Assembly: GCA_016199985.1 (NCBI GenBank)
Contig: JACQFQ010000048.1
Location: forward strand, 3,965 to 67,964
DNA from: Verrucomicrobiota bacterium
GTDB taxonomy: Bacteria; Verrucomicrobiota; Verrucomicrobiia; Limisphaerales; UBA11320
Direction of reading: 5' to 3'
DNA length: 64,000 nucleotides
Each line of letters opens with the position of its first letter. Positions within the stretch are counted from its first letter, which is position 1. Positions 10,504 to 20,159 of this stretch are shown here, piece after piece. A model generated the notes under the pieces. The model saw only the letters and a list, made by a program, of their open reading frames with translations. It searched no databases and was not told the origin of the DNA. The translations under genes were made by a program, and so were the position numbers.

Positions 10504-10792
10504 ACCGCGAGGCTGGAGCGGAGTTCCGACCGTCTGGGTCACCGACCGCGGAACGCAATCACAACGTTGGATTCCCCACGGCACAATCATTGCTTGAGAA
10601 AAGCATTGATCGGGCTTGCTAGTTTGCTAGCTTCCCGGCTCCTCCGAGCTCAGCTCGGGGTCACGGTCATAATACCTGGGGCGGTGTCGTTCCGGGGGAC
10701 CACAACAACACTTAAATCAATCCCGACTTTCCGCGGGATGGCCTCGAACCGATGCGACGCGCATCGCCCGGGCTTCGAACAAAGGAAACATT

Positions 10793-11632
10793 GTGACGAA
10801 TATTGGCGTTAAGGAACTGTTGGAAGCGGGTGTTCATTTCGGACACCAGACCCGTCGTTGGAATCCGAAGATGAAGCGTTTCATCTTCGACGCCCGGAAC
10901 GGCATCCACATCATTGATCTGAGCAAAACCCTCACGCAGCTCCAGACGGCGTGCGAGTTCCTCTACAAGACGGTGGCCAAGGGCGGCAGCGTGCTGTTCG
11001 TCGGCACCAAGAAGCAGGCCCAGGAGGCGGTCAAGGAAGCCGCCAAGACCTGCACCCAGTTCTACTCCACCGAGCGATGGCTTGGCGGAACCCTCACGAA
11101 TTTCAACACCGTCAAGCGCTCGATCGCCCGCATGAAGAAGATCGAGCAGTGGGAGGCGGACGGCTCCATCAATCAGTACGTGAAGCAGGAGCAGAGCATG
11201 TATCGCCGCGAGCTCGCCCGGCTTCTGAAGAATTTCGAGGGCATCCGCGCCATGGACAAGTTTCCGGCGGCGATGTTCGTGATCGACCTGAAGCGCGAGC
11301 ACAACGCGGTGGCCGAGGGACGCCGCCTGGGAATCCCCATCGTCGCCATCGTCGACACCAACTGCGATCCCGACCTGGTCGACTACCCGATCGCGGGCAA
11401 TGATGACGCGATCCGCTCCGTCCGCGTCATTCTGACCGCGGTGGTGCAGACGGTCACCCAGGCCCGTTCCGAGTATCAGGCCAAGTTCGCGCGCAAAGGC
11501 CAGGATGGTCCTGCCAAGCTAGCGGACGCGGAGGCCGCCGCGGCGGCCCCTGCGGCTCCTACGGCTCCTACGGCTCCTGCGGCCCCTGCGGCTGATGCGC
11601 CGGCTGCGGCCCCAGCCGCGCCTCAAGCCTGA
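10793..11632 (+). CDS. rpsB: 30S ribosomal protein S2
   Basis: VKELLEAGVHFGHQTRRWNPKM..FIF..RNGIHIIDL is the canonical S2 N-terminus. GTG start at 10793, preceded by AAGGAA at 10782-10787. Alanine/proline-rich C-terminal tail. Confidence 0.97.
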   Translation: MTNIGVKELLEAGVHFGHQTRRWNPKMKRFIFDARNGIHIIDLSKTLTQLQTACEFLYKTVAKGGSVLFVGTKKQAQEAVKEAAKTCTQFYSTERWLGGTLTNFNTVKRSIARMKKIEQWEADGSINQYVKQEQSMYRRELARLLKNFEGIRAMDKFPAAMFVIDLKREHNAVAEGRRLGIPIVAIVDTNCDPDLVDYPIAGNDDAIRSVRVILTAVVQTVTQARSEYQAKFARKGQDGPAKLADAEAAAAAPAAPTAPTAPAAPAADAPAAAPAAPQA

Positions 11633-11712
11633 GTCATCCATCAATAGGATGGCCCCGTTCGGGCTCTCGAAGAAATTGCCCAGACAAAGCGATCCAATAT
11701 CTCTGTATTCAT

Positions 11713-12555
11713 ATGGCTGAAATTACTGCCGCAAACGTGGCCAAGCTGCGCGAGATGACCAACGCCGGACTGATGGAGTGCAAGAAGGCGCTCTCCGAGG
11801 CTCAAGGCGATCTGGCCGCCGCCGTCGATATTCTGCGCAAGAAGGGCGCGGCGTCCGCCGCCAAGAAGGCGACGCGCGAGGCCAAGGAAGGCGTCATCGC
11901 CCAACATTTGTCCGCGGACAACACCTCTGGATCGATCGTCGAAATCAATTGCGAGACCGATTTTGTGGCCCGCAACGAGTCCTTCCGCGCGTTTTGCGAC
12001 GACGTCGCCCAGAGGGTTTGCGAGAACCCTGGCGTGGATCTCGAAGCCGATCGCACCGCTCAGGTCGCCAAGATCGGCGAGAACATCCGCATCACCCGCC
12101 ATCAGCGACTCGAGGTTTCGGGCGCGGGATTCATCGGTTCCTACATTCACACCGGCGCCAAGGTCGGGGTGCTTGTCGAGGTGGCGATCGGGAACAAGGC
12201 CACGCTGGGTCGCGCTGAATTCAAGCAGCTCGCGCGCGATCTGACCCTTCAGATTGCCGCCGCGAGCCCGACCGTTGTTTCCCGGGAGAGCGTTCCCGAG
12301 GCGATCGTCGCGAAGGAGAGGGAGATCGCCGCCGAGCAGGTCAAGGACAAGCCGCCCCAGGCGATCGCAAAGATTGTGGAAGGCAAGCTCGAGAAGTTCT
12401 ACCAGCTCATGTGCCTCGTCGATCAGGGCTTCGTGAAGCGCAACTCCGAGGTCACCGTCCGCGAACACATCTCCGAGGTGGGCAAGGTCGTGAACGACAC
12501 CATTAGCGTGAGGCGCTTCGTGCGGTTCCAGGTCGGAGAGACTCCCGCGGCTTAG
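11713..12555 (+). CDS. tsf: Translation elongation factor Ts
   Basis: MAEITAANVAKLREMTNAGLMECKKAL is the canonical EF-Ts UBA-like N-terminus. Lies directly downstream of rpsB, the conserved rpsB-tsf order. Confidence 0.97.
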   Translation: MAEITAANVAKLREMTNAGLMECKKALSEAQGDLAAAVDILRKKGAASAAKKATREAKEGVIAQHLSADNTSGSIVEINCETDFVARNESFRAFCDDVAQRVCENPGVDLEADRTAQVAKIGENIRITRHQRLEVSGAGFIGSYIHTGAKVGVLVEVAIGNKATLGRAEFKQLARDLTLQIAAASPTVVSRESVPEAIVAKEREIAAEQVKDKPPQAIAKIVEGKLEKFYQLMCLVDQGFVKRNSEVTVREHISEVGKVVNDTISVRRFVRFQVGETPAA

Positions 12556-12573
12556 CGGCCCGCCGGCCCGGTT

Positions 12574-14406
12574 TTATTCAGAGCTCGCGCTCCCTGATGA
12601 AGGGGGCGCGGGCTTTTTCTTTTCCGGCTTCGGCCCGCTGACCGGCTCCAGCGGCCGCACAGCGATGTCGTAGTAGCCGATGAACATCTCGTCCGTCGTC
12701 TGCTCGCCGAAAATCACCCATTGCTTGGGATTCGGGTTCGCCGGGTTGTTCGCCGAGTTATCGAAGGTTCCTGAGCAGATAAGCTCTGTTCCGGCGGGAA
12801 CTGTCTTCGGCTCGTTGAAACGGTAGAGGGTTTGCCAGCTGAAGTCCCACCGGGGCACCGACAGGATCGTCTCTGTCTTTCCATCGGGGTAGACCAGATC
12901 GTATTTGAACGAAGATCCGCGAACGTGCATGTGCGGGCTCAGGCTGTGCAGCACCGCGTCCTTGCGGAAAGTGTAGGCCGCTTTCGTCTTGTGAGCCCGC
13001 TCGCCCGGGGTGATCAGCAGCTCGGTTTGAGTGATCGCGCGTGTTCGCAGCTCCCACTCGGGCTTGCCCGGCAGGAGGTAGAGCCCCAGCTCGGTCAGAT
13101 CCGTCTCAGGCTTTCCTGTGGGAGAGTAATGGATCTGGAAGATGATCCGCGTTCCCTTGGGCAGGAATTTGCCAGTGCCTTCGGGGAAGGGAACGGCTTC
13201 CGCGCCGGGGACAAACCCCGTGAAGTAGCCCGCGGTGCCTCCGTTCTGGCGCGGCTCGATCGATTTCAGCTGCTCCGGATACTTCACGAACACCAGCGCG
13301 TGGTGAAGCACCTTGGGATTCCCCGGCCTGACGACGGCGGCGCGCAGCCATGCGTCCTCCTGAATCGGGTTCTCGACTTCGAAATACTGGTACGGAATCA
13401 CTCCCGTCGCCGGCACGGAGAAGGGCTTTGTGATCGAGAGAACGTAGTCCGGCTTGCCGAGAGGCCAGTCGGCCGGAGCGGACGGCGCGTCGCTGGCGAG
13501 AGGGTCTGGTCCTTCGCCTCGCGGCGCGCCCGCGGCGACCCAACGGAGAAGTGTTCTGGTTTCGCCCAGGCTCAGCTGGCGATGCCCCTTCCACGCGCCG
13601 ATCTCGGGATCCGCGGGCCACGGCGGCATTCGTTGCTCCAGGAGCACCTCGCGCGTCATTGCGGCCCAGCCCTTCACCTTCTCGTAGCCGCTCATGGCGA
13701 ACGGCCCGATGCGGCCCGCGCTATGGCAGCCGACGCAGTGCTGCTTCAGGATCGGCGCCGCGTCCTTCGTGTAGGTCGCCGGCTTGGAGTCCGCCGCCTC
13801 GTAGCTGATCGCGCAGCCCTTGAACTCGGTTCGCGGTTGGGGAGCCGGCTTGCCGTCCGTCAGCGCGTTCAGGGCGTCGGCGAGAAAGCGTTGGGCGGGC
13901 TCGGCTTTCTGGGTTCCGTATCCCAGGCGGTCATCCACGGCGCCGCGGTAGAAAACGGTCCAATTGGTCGTCGCGATCACGATGGCTTCGCCGGTTCGCG
14001 TGACGCCGAGCATCTCGGACACCCATTGCCCGCGGTCCACCAGAATGGGAAGCTTCATCGAGAATTCGGAATCCTCCTTGCGGATCGACTCCCGGTCGTC
14101 CTGGGCGTTGGCGTTGATCATCCAGAATTGAACGCCTTTCGGGCCAAACTCCTGTTCGAGCGCCTGCAGAGCGGGGACGGTCTGACGCGCGATCGGGCAT
14201 CCATTGCCCGTCACGAAAAGCACGATCGCCTTGGAATGCTTCTGGCGACGCAGTTCGCGCGAGACTCCGTTTTGGTCGAGGAGCTGGAAATTGTCCACTT
14301 CCCCGGGCGGCGCGGCGGTCTTGGGCGCGGACACGCCCGTCGCGAGGCTGAGGACAAGGAGGCCGACGCAGATGAAACCCGACTGGAAATGATTGGCGCA
14401 ACGCAT
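12574..14406 (-). CDS. Secreted redoxin-like / cytochrome c (CxxCH) / copper type II monooxygenase-like fusion protein
   Basis: ATG at 14406 and an N-terminal signal peptide. AhpC/TSA-redoxin-like region (VLFVTGNGCPIARQ). One haem-binding motif CVGCH. C-terminal region with HHALVF and HMHVRG histidine motifs, reminiscent of Cu-monooxygenase C-terminal domains. Confidence 0.7.
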   Translation of the reverse strand: MRCANHFQSGFICVGLLVLSLATGVSAPKTAAPPGEVDNFQLLDQNGVSRELRRQKHSKAIVLFVTGNGCPIARQTVPALQALEQEFGPKGVQFWMINANAQDDRESIRKEDSEFSMKLPILVDRGQWVSEMLGVTRTGEAIVIATTNWTVFYRGAVDDRLGYGTQKAEPAQRFLADALNALTDGKPAPQPRTEFKGCAISYEAADSKPATYTKDAAPILKQHCVGCHSAGRIGPFAMSGYEKVKGWAAMTREVLLEQRMPPWPADPEIGAWKGHRQLSLGETRTLLRWVAAGAPRGEGPDPLASDAPSAPADWPLGKPDYVLSITKPFSVPATGVIPYQYFEVENPIQEDAWLRAAVVRPGNPKVLHHALVFVKYPEQLKSIEPRQNGGTAGYFTGFVPGAEAVPFPEGTGKFLPKGTRIIFQIHYSPTGKPETDLTELGLYLLPGKPEWELRTRAITQTELLITPGERAHKTKAAYTFRKDAVLHSLSPHMHVRGSSFKYDLVYPDGKTETILSVPRWDFSWQTLYRFNEPKTVPAGTELICSGTFDNSANNPANPNPKQWVIFGEQTTDEMFIGYYDIAVRPLEPVSGPKPEKKKPAPPSSGSASSE

Positions 14407-14550
14407 AACCCGGACCTAGGACGTAAATCGACCGAAATGGTTACTGGAAGAGTCATGAGCTGGCGAGGAGGAATCCGCTCCCGCGCTCCCATCGCGGGGT
14501 TGAACTTCGCGTGACATTGGAGATTGCCGCTGGTTTATTTCGCGGACCGA

Positions 14551-15051
14551 ATGAGCGGCTTGAAGTCAGTGACCATTCACACGGACGGGGGATGCGAGGG
14601 GAATCCGGGTCCCGGCGGATGGGGCGTTGTGATCCAGCACGGAGAGCAGCGGTTCGAGTTCAAGGGGAGCGAGCCCGCCACCACCAATAATCGCATGGAG
14701 CTCTCAGCGGCGATCGCCGGGTTGCGCTCTCTCAATCAACCTTGCGAGGTGACGCTCTGGACCGACTCCCAGTATGTGAAGAAGGGGATGTCGAGCTGGG
14801 TTCACGCCTGGAAGGCGAGGGGATGGCGGACCGCCGGGAAGCAGCCTGTGAAGAACGAGGATCTCTGGAAAACCCTCGATGAAATCGCCTCCCGGCACAG
14901 AGTTCAGTGGCAATGGATCAAGGGACACGCGGGGCATCCGCTCAACGAGCGATGCGACGAACTCGCGCGTGAGGCGATCTCCCAGCTCAAGCGCGGGGCT
15001 TCCCGCCAGTCGCTGAATGAGGCCCTGGCCAGGTTCTCGGAAGATCGGTAG
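14551..15051 (+). CDS. rnhA: Ribonuclease HI
   Basis: [22 protein letters not shown]...TNNRMEL.A....L...C.V.L.TDSQYV....W...W...GW........VKN.DLW is the RNase H type 1 signature. I prefer the ATG at 14551 over the TTG at 14524 given in the ORF track. Confidence 0.92.
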   Translation: MSGLKSVTIHTDGGCEGNPGPGGWGVVIQHGEQRFEFKGSEPATTNNRMELSAAIAGLRSLNQPCEVTLWTDSQYVKKGMSSWVHAWKARGWRTAGKQPVKNEDLWKTLDEIASRHRVQWQWIKGHAGHPLNERCDELAREAISQLKRGASRQSLNEALARFSEDR

Positions 15052-15125
15052 CTCGGGACCGAGAATGAGGCCCGATATCCGCGGAGGGCGCCGATCGATA
15101 AACAAGCGCCGCCTTTCGCCCTTCC

Positions 15126-15154
15126 TTGACTCAGACGGGGCGTCCTTCTATCAG
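15126..15154 (+). promoter_or_regulatory. Possible sigma70-type promoter for the VWA-TPR gene
   Basis: TTGACT (15126-15131), a 17-nt spacer, then TATCAG (15149-15154), ending 27 nt upstream of the ATG at 15181. Motif match only. The promoter consensus in this phylum is uncertain. Confidence 0.25.
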
Positions 15155-15180
15155 AAAGGGGGCTCGTATCCGCGGCATCT

Positions 15181-17229
15181 ATGAGATTTGGCAACTGGCA
15201 GTTCTTCACGGCGACTCTGGCGATCGCTCCTCTACTCGCCCTGTTCCTGGCGTGGGCCTGGCGGTCGCGGCAGCGGCGGGCGGCCCGTTTTGTTCCCGCC
15301 CGCCTCCTGGCGATGCTGACCGTGAGCGTTTCGCCCCGGCGTCAAAAACTGCGCCTCGCCCTCGTCTTCCTGGCCTTCGTCTTGGCGGGCGTCGCCTTGG
15401 CCCGGCCGCAATGGGGTTTCGAATATCGACAGACCAAGCAGCGTGGACTCGACATCATCGTGTGCATCGATACTTCGAAGAGCATGCTCGCCGAAGATGT
15501 CGCGCCCAACCGTCTCGCCAAGGCGAAGCTGGCTGTTCTGGATCTGCGCAGGGTCGCGAAGTCGGATCGGATCGGGCTCGTGGCCTTTGCGGGATCGGCC
15601 TTCATGCAGATGCCGATGTCCACGGACGACGACGTCCTTCGCCAGAACCTCGAGGCGATCGACACCGATCTTCTGCCCCAGGGCGGCACCGCGATCACAG
15701 AGGCGATCCACACCGCCCGCGCCGCCTTCAAGGACAGCGGCCTGGAGAACCATCGGGCGATCGTGATTTTCACGGACGGCGAGGACCATGACGGCGAGGC
15801 GATCGAGGCCGCCAAGAAGGCGGGCGCGGAGGGCGCCGTGGTCTTGACCGTCGGGGTGGGCACGACCGCGGGCGAGCTGATTCCCATCCGGGACGCCAAG
15901 GGGCGCACCAGTTTCGTGAAGGACGAGGCCGGCAACACCGTGAAGTCGCGGCTCAACGAGGCGTTGCTTCAGGAGATCGCCAAGGCGGGCAACGGATTCT
16001 ACGTGCCCCTGGCCGGCGCGGGCATCATCGAAACGCTCTACGAGCGCGGGTTGGCTCCGCTTCCCAAACGCGAGGTGGAGTCCACCCCGACCCAGGTTTA
16101 TCATGAGCGCTACCAGTGGTTCCTCGGCGCGGCGCTCGCCCTGCTCCTTGCCGAGATGCTCGTGTCGGATCGGCGAAGGCCCGCGCGATCCGGGGCCCCG
16201 GCCGGCGCCAAGGCTTCTTCCCTGTCCGCCGCCGCGGTGGTCGTCGCGCTGCTGGTTTCCCTGGTTCCTTGGCGGGCGCAGGCTTCCGCGTCCGGCGCCC
16301 GCAAGAACTATGACATCGGCAAGTACAAGACCGCGCTCGCCGAGTACGAACGCCTTCTCGAGAACCAGCCCAACGATCCGGCGCTGCAATACAACGCGGG
16401 CAGCGCGGCCTATCAGTCGGGCCGGTTTGACGCCGCCACGGATCATTTCACCTCGTCGCTGTCCACGCCCGATCCGAAGCTCCAGCAGCACGCGTACTAC
16501 AATCGGGGCAACAGCCAGGCCCGGCAGGGCGAGGAGGCCGATGACCCCGGCAAGAAAATGGACCACTGGAAGAAGGCGGTGGGCGACTTCGAGAGCGCCT
16601 TGAAGCTGAGCCCCGCCGACGCGGACGCGCGCGCCAACTTGGAGCTTGTGAAGAAGAAGATCGAAGAGTTGGAGAAGGAGCGGCAGAAGCAGCAGAAGAA
16701 CGATCCCAACTCCAAGAACGAGGACAAGAAGGACCAGGAACAGAAGAATCAGGACAAGAACGGCGACAAGCAGCAGGGGGACAACTCCCCAGATTCGAAG
16801 AACGACCCGAAGGAAAACCAGAATTCCAAGAAGCAGCAGGAGAATCAGGAAAAGTCGGACGAGCAGAAGAAGCAGGACGCGTCCTCGCCTGATTCTCAGA
16901 GCGGCGACAAGAAGGACGAGCGGCAGCAACCGCAGCCCAAGCCCGGCGAGGACAAGAGCGGGAAGGATCAGCAGGCGAATTCAACGCAGGGATCTGAGCC
17001 CAAGGACGAGCGCGATAAAAAGCCCGGGGCAGCTCAGGGAAAGGAAGGCGCGGAAGGCGACGCCAAGGACAAGGAGAATCCCGAGGGCGCGCCCATGACA
17101 GGCAAGGTCATGCAGATGACGCGCAAGGACGCCATTCGGCTGCTCGAGGCGCTCCGTGCGGAAGAGCGCCTGCTGCGTCCGATGCCGCCCCAAACCAATC
17201 GCGCTCAGCGAACGATCAAGAACTGGTGA
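15181..17229 (+). CDS. BatB/BatC-like membrane protein: von Willebrand factor A domain + TPR + long K/Q/D/E low-complexity tail
   Basis: The N-terminal TM segment plus RRRAARF, then LDIIVCIDTSKSMLAEDVAPNRLAKAK (VWA MIDAS region), is typical of BatB. A second TM is followed by TPR-like repeats. A charged low-complexity stretch is encoded at about 16650-17100. Confidence 0.85.
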   Translation: MRFGNWQFFTATLAIAPLLALFLAWAWRSRQRRAARFVPARLLAMLTVSVSPRRQKLRLALVFLAFVLAGVALARPQWGFEYRQTKQRGLDIIVCIDTSKSMLAEDVAPNRLAKAKLAVLDLRRVAKSDRIGLVAFAGSAFMQMPMSTDDDVLRQNLEAIDTDLLPQGGTAITEAIHTARAAFKDSGLENHRAIVIFTDGEDHDGEAIEAAKKAGAEGAVVLTVGVGTTAGELIPIRDAKGRTSFVKDEAGNTVKSRLNEALLQEIAKAGNGFYVPLAGAGIIETLYERGLAPLPKREVESTPTQVYHERYQWFLGAALALLLAEMLVSDRRRPARSGAPAGAKASSLSAAAVVVALLVSLVPWRAQASASGARKNYDIGKYKTALAEYERLLENQPNDPALQYNAGSAAYQSGRFDAATDHFTSSLSTPDPKLQQHAYYNRGNSQARQGEEADDPGKKMDHWKKAVGDFESALKLSPADADARANLELVKKKIEELEKERQKQQKNDPNSKNEDKKDQEQKNQDKNGDKQQGDNSPDSKNDPKENQNSKKQQENQEKSDEQKKQDASSPDSQSGDKKDERQQPQPKPGEDKSGKDQQANSTQGSEPKDERDKKPGAAQGKEGAEGDAKDKENPEGAPMTGKVMQMTRKDAIRLLEALRAEERLLRPMPPQTNRAQRTIKNW

Positions 17230-17254
17230 ACGGTCGTTCCCGGGCGTCGGTCGG

Positions 17255-19777
17255 TTACTTGGCCACGGCGACGCCGGGTTCTTTCCGGGTCAGTCGGACG
17301 AAATCGAGGAGGATCCGCTTGGCTTCCTCCAGCGTCGCGTCGACTTCCTGCACGGATTCGTCTGGAAGAGGGCCCAGGTCGTCGCCGTCCGTGGCCCCTT
17401 CGCCGGCCTTGGCATCCCCGCCCGCGACGGCCCCGTCTTTGTCCTTTGAATCCTTGGTTTCCCCTGTTCTTTCTTCGCCGATTCGCCCGCCATGCTTGCT
17501 GACGGAAGCGACCTTGTTGGTCTTCTGGAGCGGAGGGGGCAGGGTGGGGGCTTCAGCGTCCTTGAGCTTGAACTCGATGATCTTTCCAGGCGGCTCGCCT
17601 CGAGCCAGCAGCTCCTTCTTGCGCGCCTCGAGGCGCGTCTTGTTGTCTTCCTTCTCCTGGCGGCGCTTGACCTCGTTCATGGAGTAGCTCTTGTCCTCGC
17701 GCAGCTTCTTGATGCGGGTCATTTCGCGTTTCACGTAGTCGAAGTCCCTGTCGCTCCCGACCCTTTTTTCCGAAAGCAGCCGAACTTGCGCCAGCACCGG
17801 CGCGATGCGGTCGAGCTTGTCATAGCTGGCGGGTCGGATGGTGTCGAACGGGAGCGCGTGCTCGAGCTCCTTCTCGCCGACTTCCAGCGCGTCGTTGACG
17901 GAGGGAAGAACCACGTCGGGAATGACTCCCTTGAGCTGCGTGGAGTCGCCGCTGGCCCGATAAAACTTTCGGATGGTGAGCTTCACCGCCCCCAGGTTCG
18001 TGGAGGTTCCGAGCAGGCGGTTGAGCTGGATGACTTGCTGAACGGTTCCTTTGCCGTGGGTGGAGGTGTCGCCGACGATGAGCGCCCGCCCATAGTCCTG
18101 CAAGGCGCCCGCCAGAATCTCCGAGGCCGAAGCGCTGAAGCGGCTGGTGAGCACCATGAGAGGGCCGTCGTAGGCGACGCGAGGATCGACGTCCTCGTCG
18201 ACCTCGACGGTGTCGTCCGCGTTGCGGACCTGGACCACGGGTCCCTTCTTGATGAACAAGCCCGTGAGATTGATGGCCTCCTCCAGGGATCCACCGCCGT
18301 TGTGCCGGAGGTCGAGGATGACGCCGCTGACGTTTTCCTTGATCAGTCGCTTCAGGAGCCGCGCCACGTCGGTGGTCGTGCTCTTGTTGTCGGATTCATC
18401 GCGCTTCTGGCTGCCCACCGCGAACGAGGCGTAAAAGGAAGGGAGGTCGATGAAGCCGAGCTTCTGGGTCTTTCCTTCCGCGTCGGGGAACTCGAGGATG
18501 CGGGCCTTGGCCTCCTGGTCCTCCAGCTTGATCTCGTCGCGAACGAGCTCGATCTCCTTGCGCACGCTCGGATCCGGGGCGTCGGCGGGGTTGATCGTCA
18601 GCCGGACATGCGTGCCCTTCGGCCCGCGGATTTGCTCGACGACCTTCGTGAGCTTCATATCGACGACATCCACAAAGTCGCCCGGTCCCTGGGCGACGGC
18701 GACGATCTTGTCGTTGGGCTTCAGCTTGCCGCTCTTGGCGGCGGGGCCGGCGGGCATCAGCTCCTTAATCTTGCAGAAGCCGTCCTCGGACTGGAGCACG
18801 GCGCCGATTCCGAAGAGCGACAGGTTCATGCTGATCGAGAAATTATCCAGCTCGGCCCGGCCCATGAAATCGGAGTGGGGATCGTACACGGCGGCGAGGG
18901 CTGTGAGGTAGTACTCCATGACATCGTCGCTGTCGTAGTCGCGGTAGGCTCGCAGGACGCGGCTGTAGCGGCGATGGATGGTTTTCACGACCTCCTCGTG
19001 CTGCAGCCTCCGGTAGGTCGCGAGCATCTCCTGGAGAATACGGTCGTTGGAGGCGCCGGTCGATCGAGAGTCGAGCGCCTTCAGAAGCTCGGTGGATTTC
19101 TCCTTGCCGACCTTGTCCTTTAGCGCTGATCCCAGCTCCCCTTCCTTCTTCTGCTCCCATTTCTCGCGCACCAACTTCTCCACCTCCTGCTCGGAGACGA
19201 GGTTGAGCTTCTCGGCCAGGTATTCGAACCGGAACCGATCCCGCCACATTCGCTTGGCCTCGGCCAGGTCGGCGGGACGGGTCAGGTCTTTTCGGTTGGC
19301 GATATAGCGGTCGTCGCTCGAGAATTCCCACTCGTCCTTCTGGGTCAGGAGTTCGGTGAGGTAGGCGTATTGCTGCTCCACGCGATCGAGGTACCGGTTG
19401 AACATCGCGAACCCTGGGCTGACGTCCGCCGTTTTCAGGGCGGTGTGCAGCGTGTTGCGGAACATCTCGAAAGACTCGATGTCGGACTTGATGAAGTACA
19501 GCCGCATCGGATCCATCGCGTTGAGATACTTGTCGAGGAACTTGGATGAGATCTCGCTGTTGAGGCCTTTCTGGCTGTAGTGCTGGCGCTGCAGAAGCAA
19601 GGCGGTGAGCCGCGCCACCTTGCCGTCGGTGTCCCCTGGCGCGATGATCTTTTCATGGCTGGGGCGGGGAGCGACGAAAGTCTTGTCGTTCGGCGGATCC
19701 GACCGCTGAGCGCAGAACGCGGGGGTGAGAAGCAAAGCCAAGCCGGCAAGCGTGGCCAGACTAGATCGAAGTCTCAT
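17255..19777 (-). CDS. prc: Tail-specific (carboxy-terminal processing) protease, S41 family
   Basis: PDZ region followed by VILDLRHNGGGSLEEAINLTGLFI and GTVQQV (S41 catalytic core), then a charged C-terminal extension as in Prc/Tsp. I prefer the ATG at 19777 (MRLRSSLATLAGLALLL signal peptide) over the GTG at 19864. Confidence 0.9.
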   Translation of the reverse strand: MRLRSSLATLAGLALLLTPAFCAQRSDPPNDKTFVAPRPSHEKIIAPGDTDGKVARLTALLLQRQHYSQKGLNSEISSKFLDKYLNAMDPMRLYFIKSDIESFEMFRNTLHTALKTADVSPGFAMFNRYLDRVEQQYAYLTELLTQKDEWEFSSDDRYIANRKDLTRPADLAEAKRMWRDRFRFEYLAEKLNLVSEQEVEKLVREKWEQKKEGELGSALKDKVGKEKSTELLKALDSRSTGASNDRILQEMLATYRRLQHEEVVKTIHRRYSRVLRAYRDYDSDDVMEYYLTALAAVYDPHSDFMGRAELDNFSISMNLSLFGIGAVLQSEDGFCKIKELMPAGPAAKSGKLKPNDKIVAVAQGPGDFVDVVDMKLTKVVEQIRGPKGTHVRLTINPADAPDPSVRKEIELVRDEIKLEDQEAKARILEFPDAEGKTQKLGFIDLPSFYASFAVGSQKRDESDNKSTTTDVARLLKRLIKENVSGVILDLRHNGGGSLEEAINLTGLFIKKGPVVQVRNADDTVEVDEDVDPRVAYDGPLMVLTSRFSASASEILAGALQDYGRALIVGDTSTHGKGTVQQVIQLNRLLGTSTNLGAVKLTIRKFYRASGDSTQLKGVIPDVVLPSVNDALEVGEKELEHALPFDTIRPASYDKLDRIAPVLAQVRLLSEKRVGSDRDFDYVKREMTRIKKLREDKSYSMNEVKRRQEKEDNKTRLEARKKELLARGEPPGKIIEFKLKDAEAPTLPPPLQKTNKVASVSKHGGRIGEERTGETKDSKDKDGAVAGGDAKAGEGATDGDDLGPLPDESVQEVDATLEEAKRILLDFVRLTRKEPGVAVAK

Positions 19778-20159
19778 AATGGAGAGGATCACGGCACCTG
19801 AGGTTAAACTTGAAACCAGGGTCACATTCTTTGACCCACCTAATGTCTCCGGTTTCCGGCTCACGTCAATCCCTTACCACGCGGCGCCTCGGGGAACGCT
19901 CGATGCGGCGGGGGTCGGCTCACGTCTGGATTCGGGAGTCCACGGAGGTATATCGAACGACTGGGTCGGTTCCTTAATCCTCCGGCCAATGCCTCCCCTA
20001 AAGCCTCCGATATCCCCGTCGATCTAAGTGTGGGAAGCGGGGTTCGACGTTCTCGGCCGAGCCTTCAAGGCCGTCCCTACGCTGGGCGCGGCTGGGGATC
20101 AGGCCCCTGTCCGAGGTCTCGGGATCGAGGGCGCGCCCCATTATTCAAAGCAATGGCTT

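Noticed and set aside
12832-14514. Long antisense or shadow ORFs opposite well-supported genes. Examples: 12832-14514, 15232-16929, 17492-19123, 24879-26273, 27826-29022, 29711-31129, 29988-31199, 31640-32761, 33447-34865, 36811-38664, 39347-40828, 57531-58373, 58241-59665, 62069-63247.
   Set aside because: Each overlaps a gene with clear family motifs on the other strand or in another frame. Their translations are Arg/Gly/Pro/His-rich low-information sequence. I treat them as GC-driven shadow ORFs.
19865-20159. Checked the prc-cheW spacer, and other spacers, for tRNA, tmRNA or other structured RNA genes because of GGTTCGA-like strings (for example 20040-20047)
   Set aside because: There is no complementary T-arm or acceptor-stem partner around the GGTTCGAC string, and no tmRNA-like 5'/3' ends. 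By eye I found no tRNA cloverleaf anywhere in the window. A covariance-model scan is still needed to be sure.
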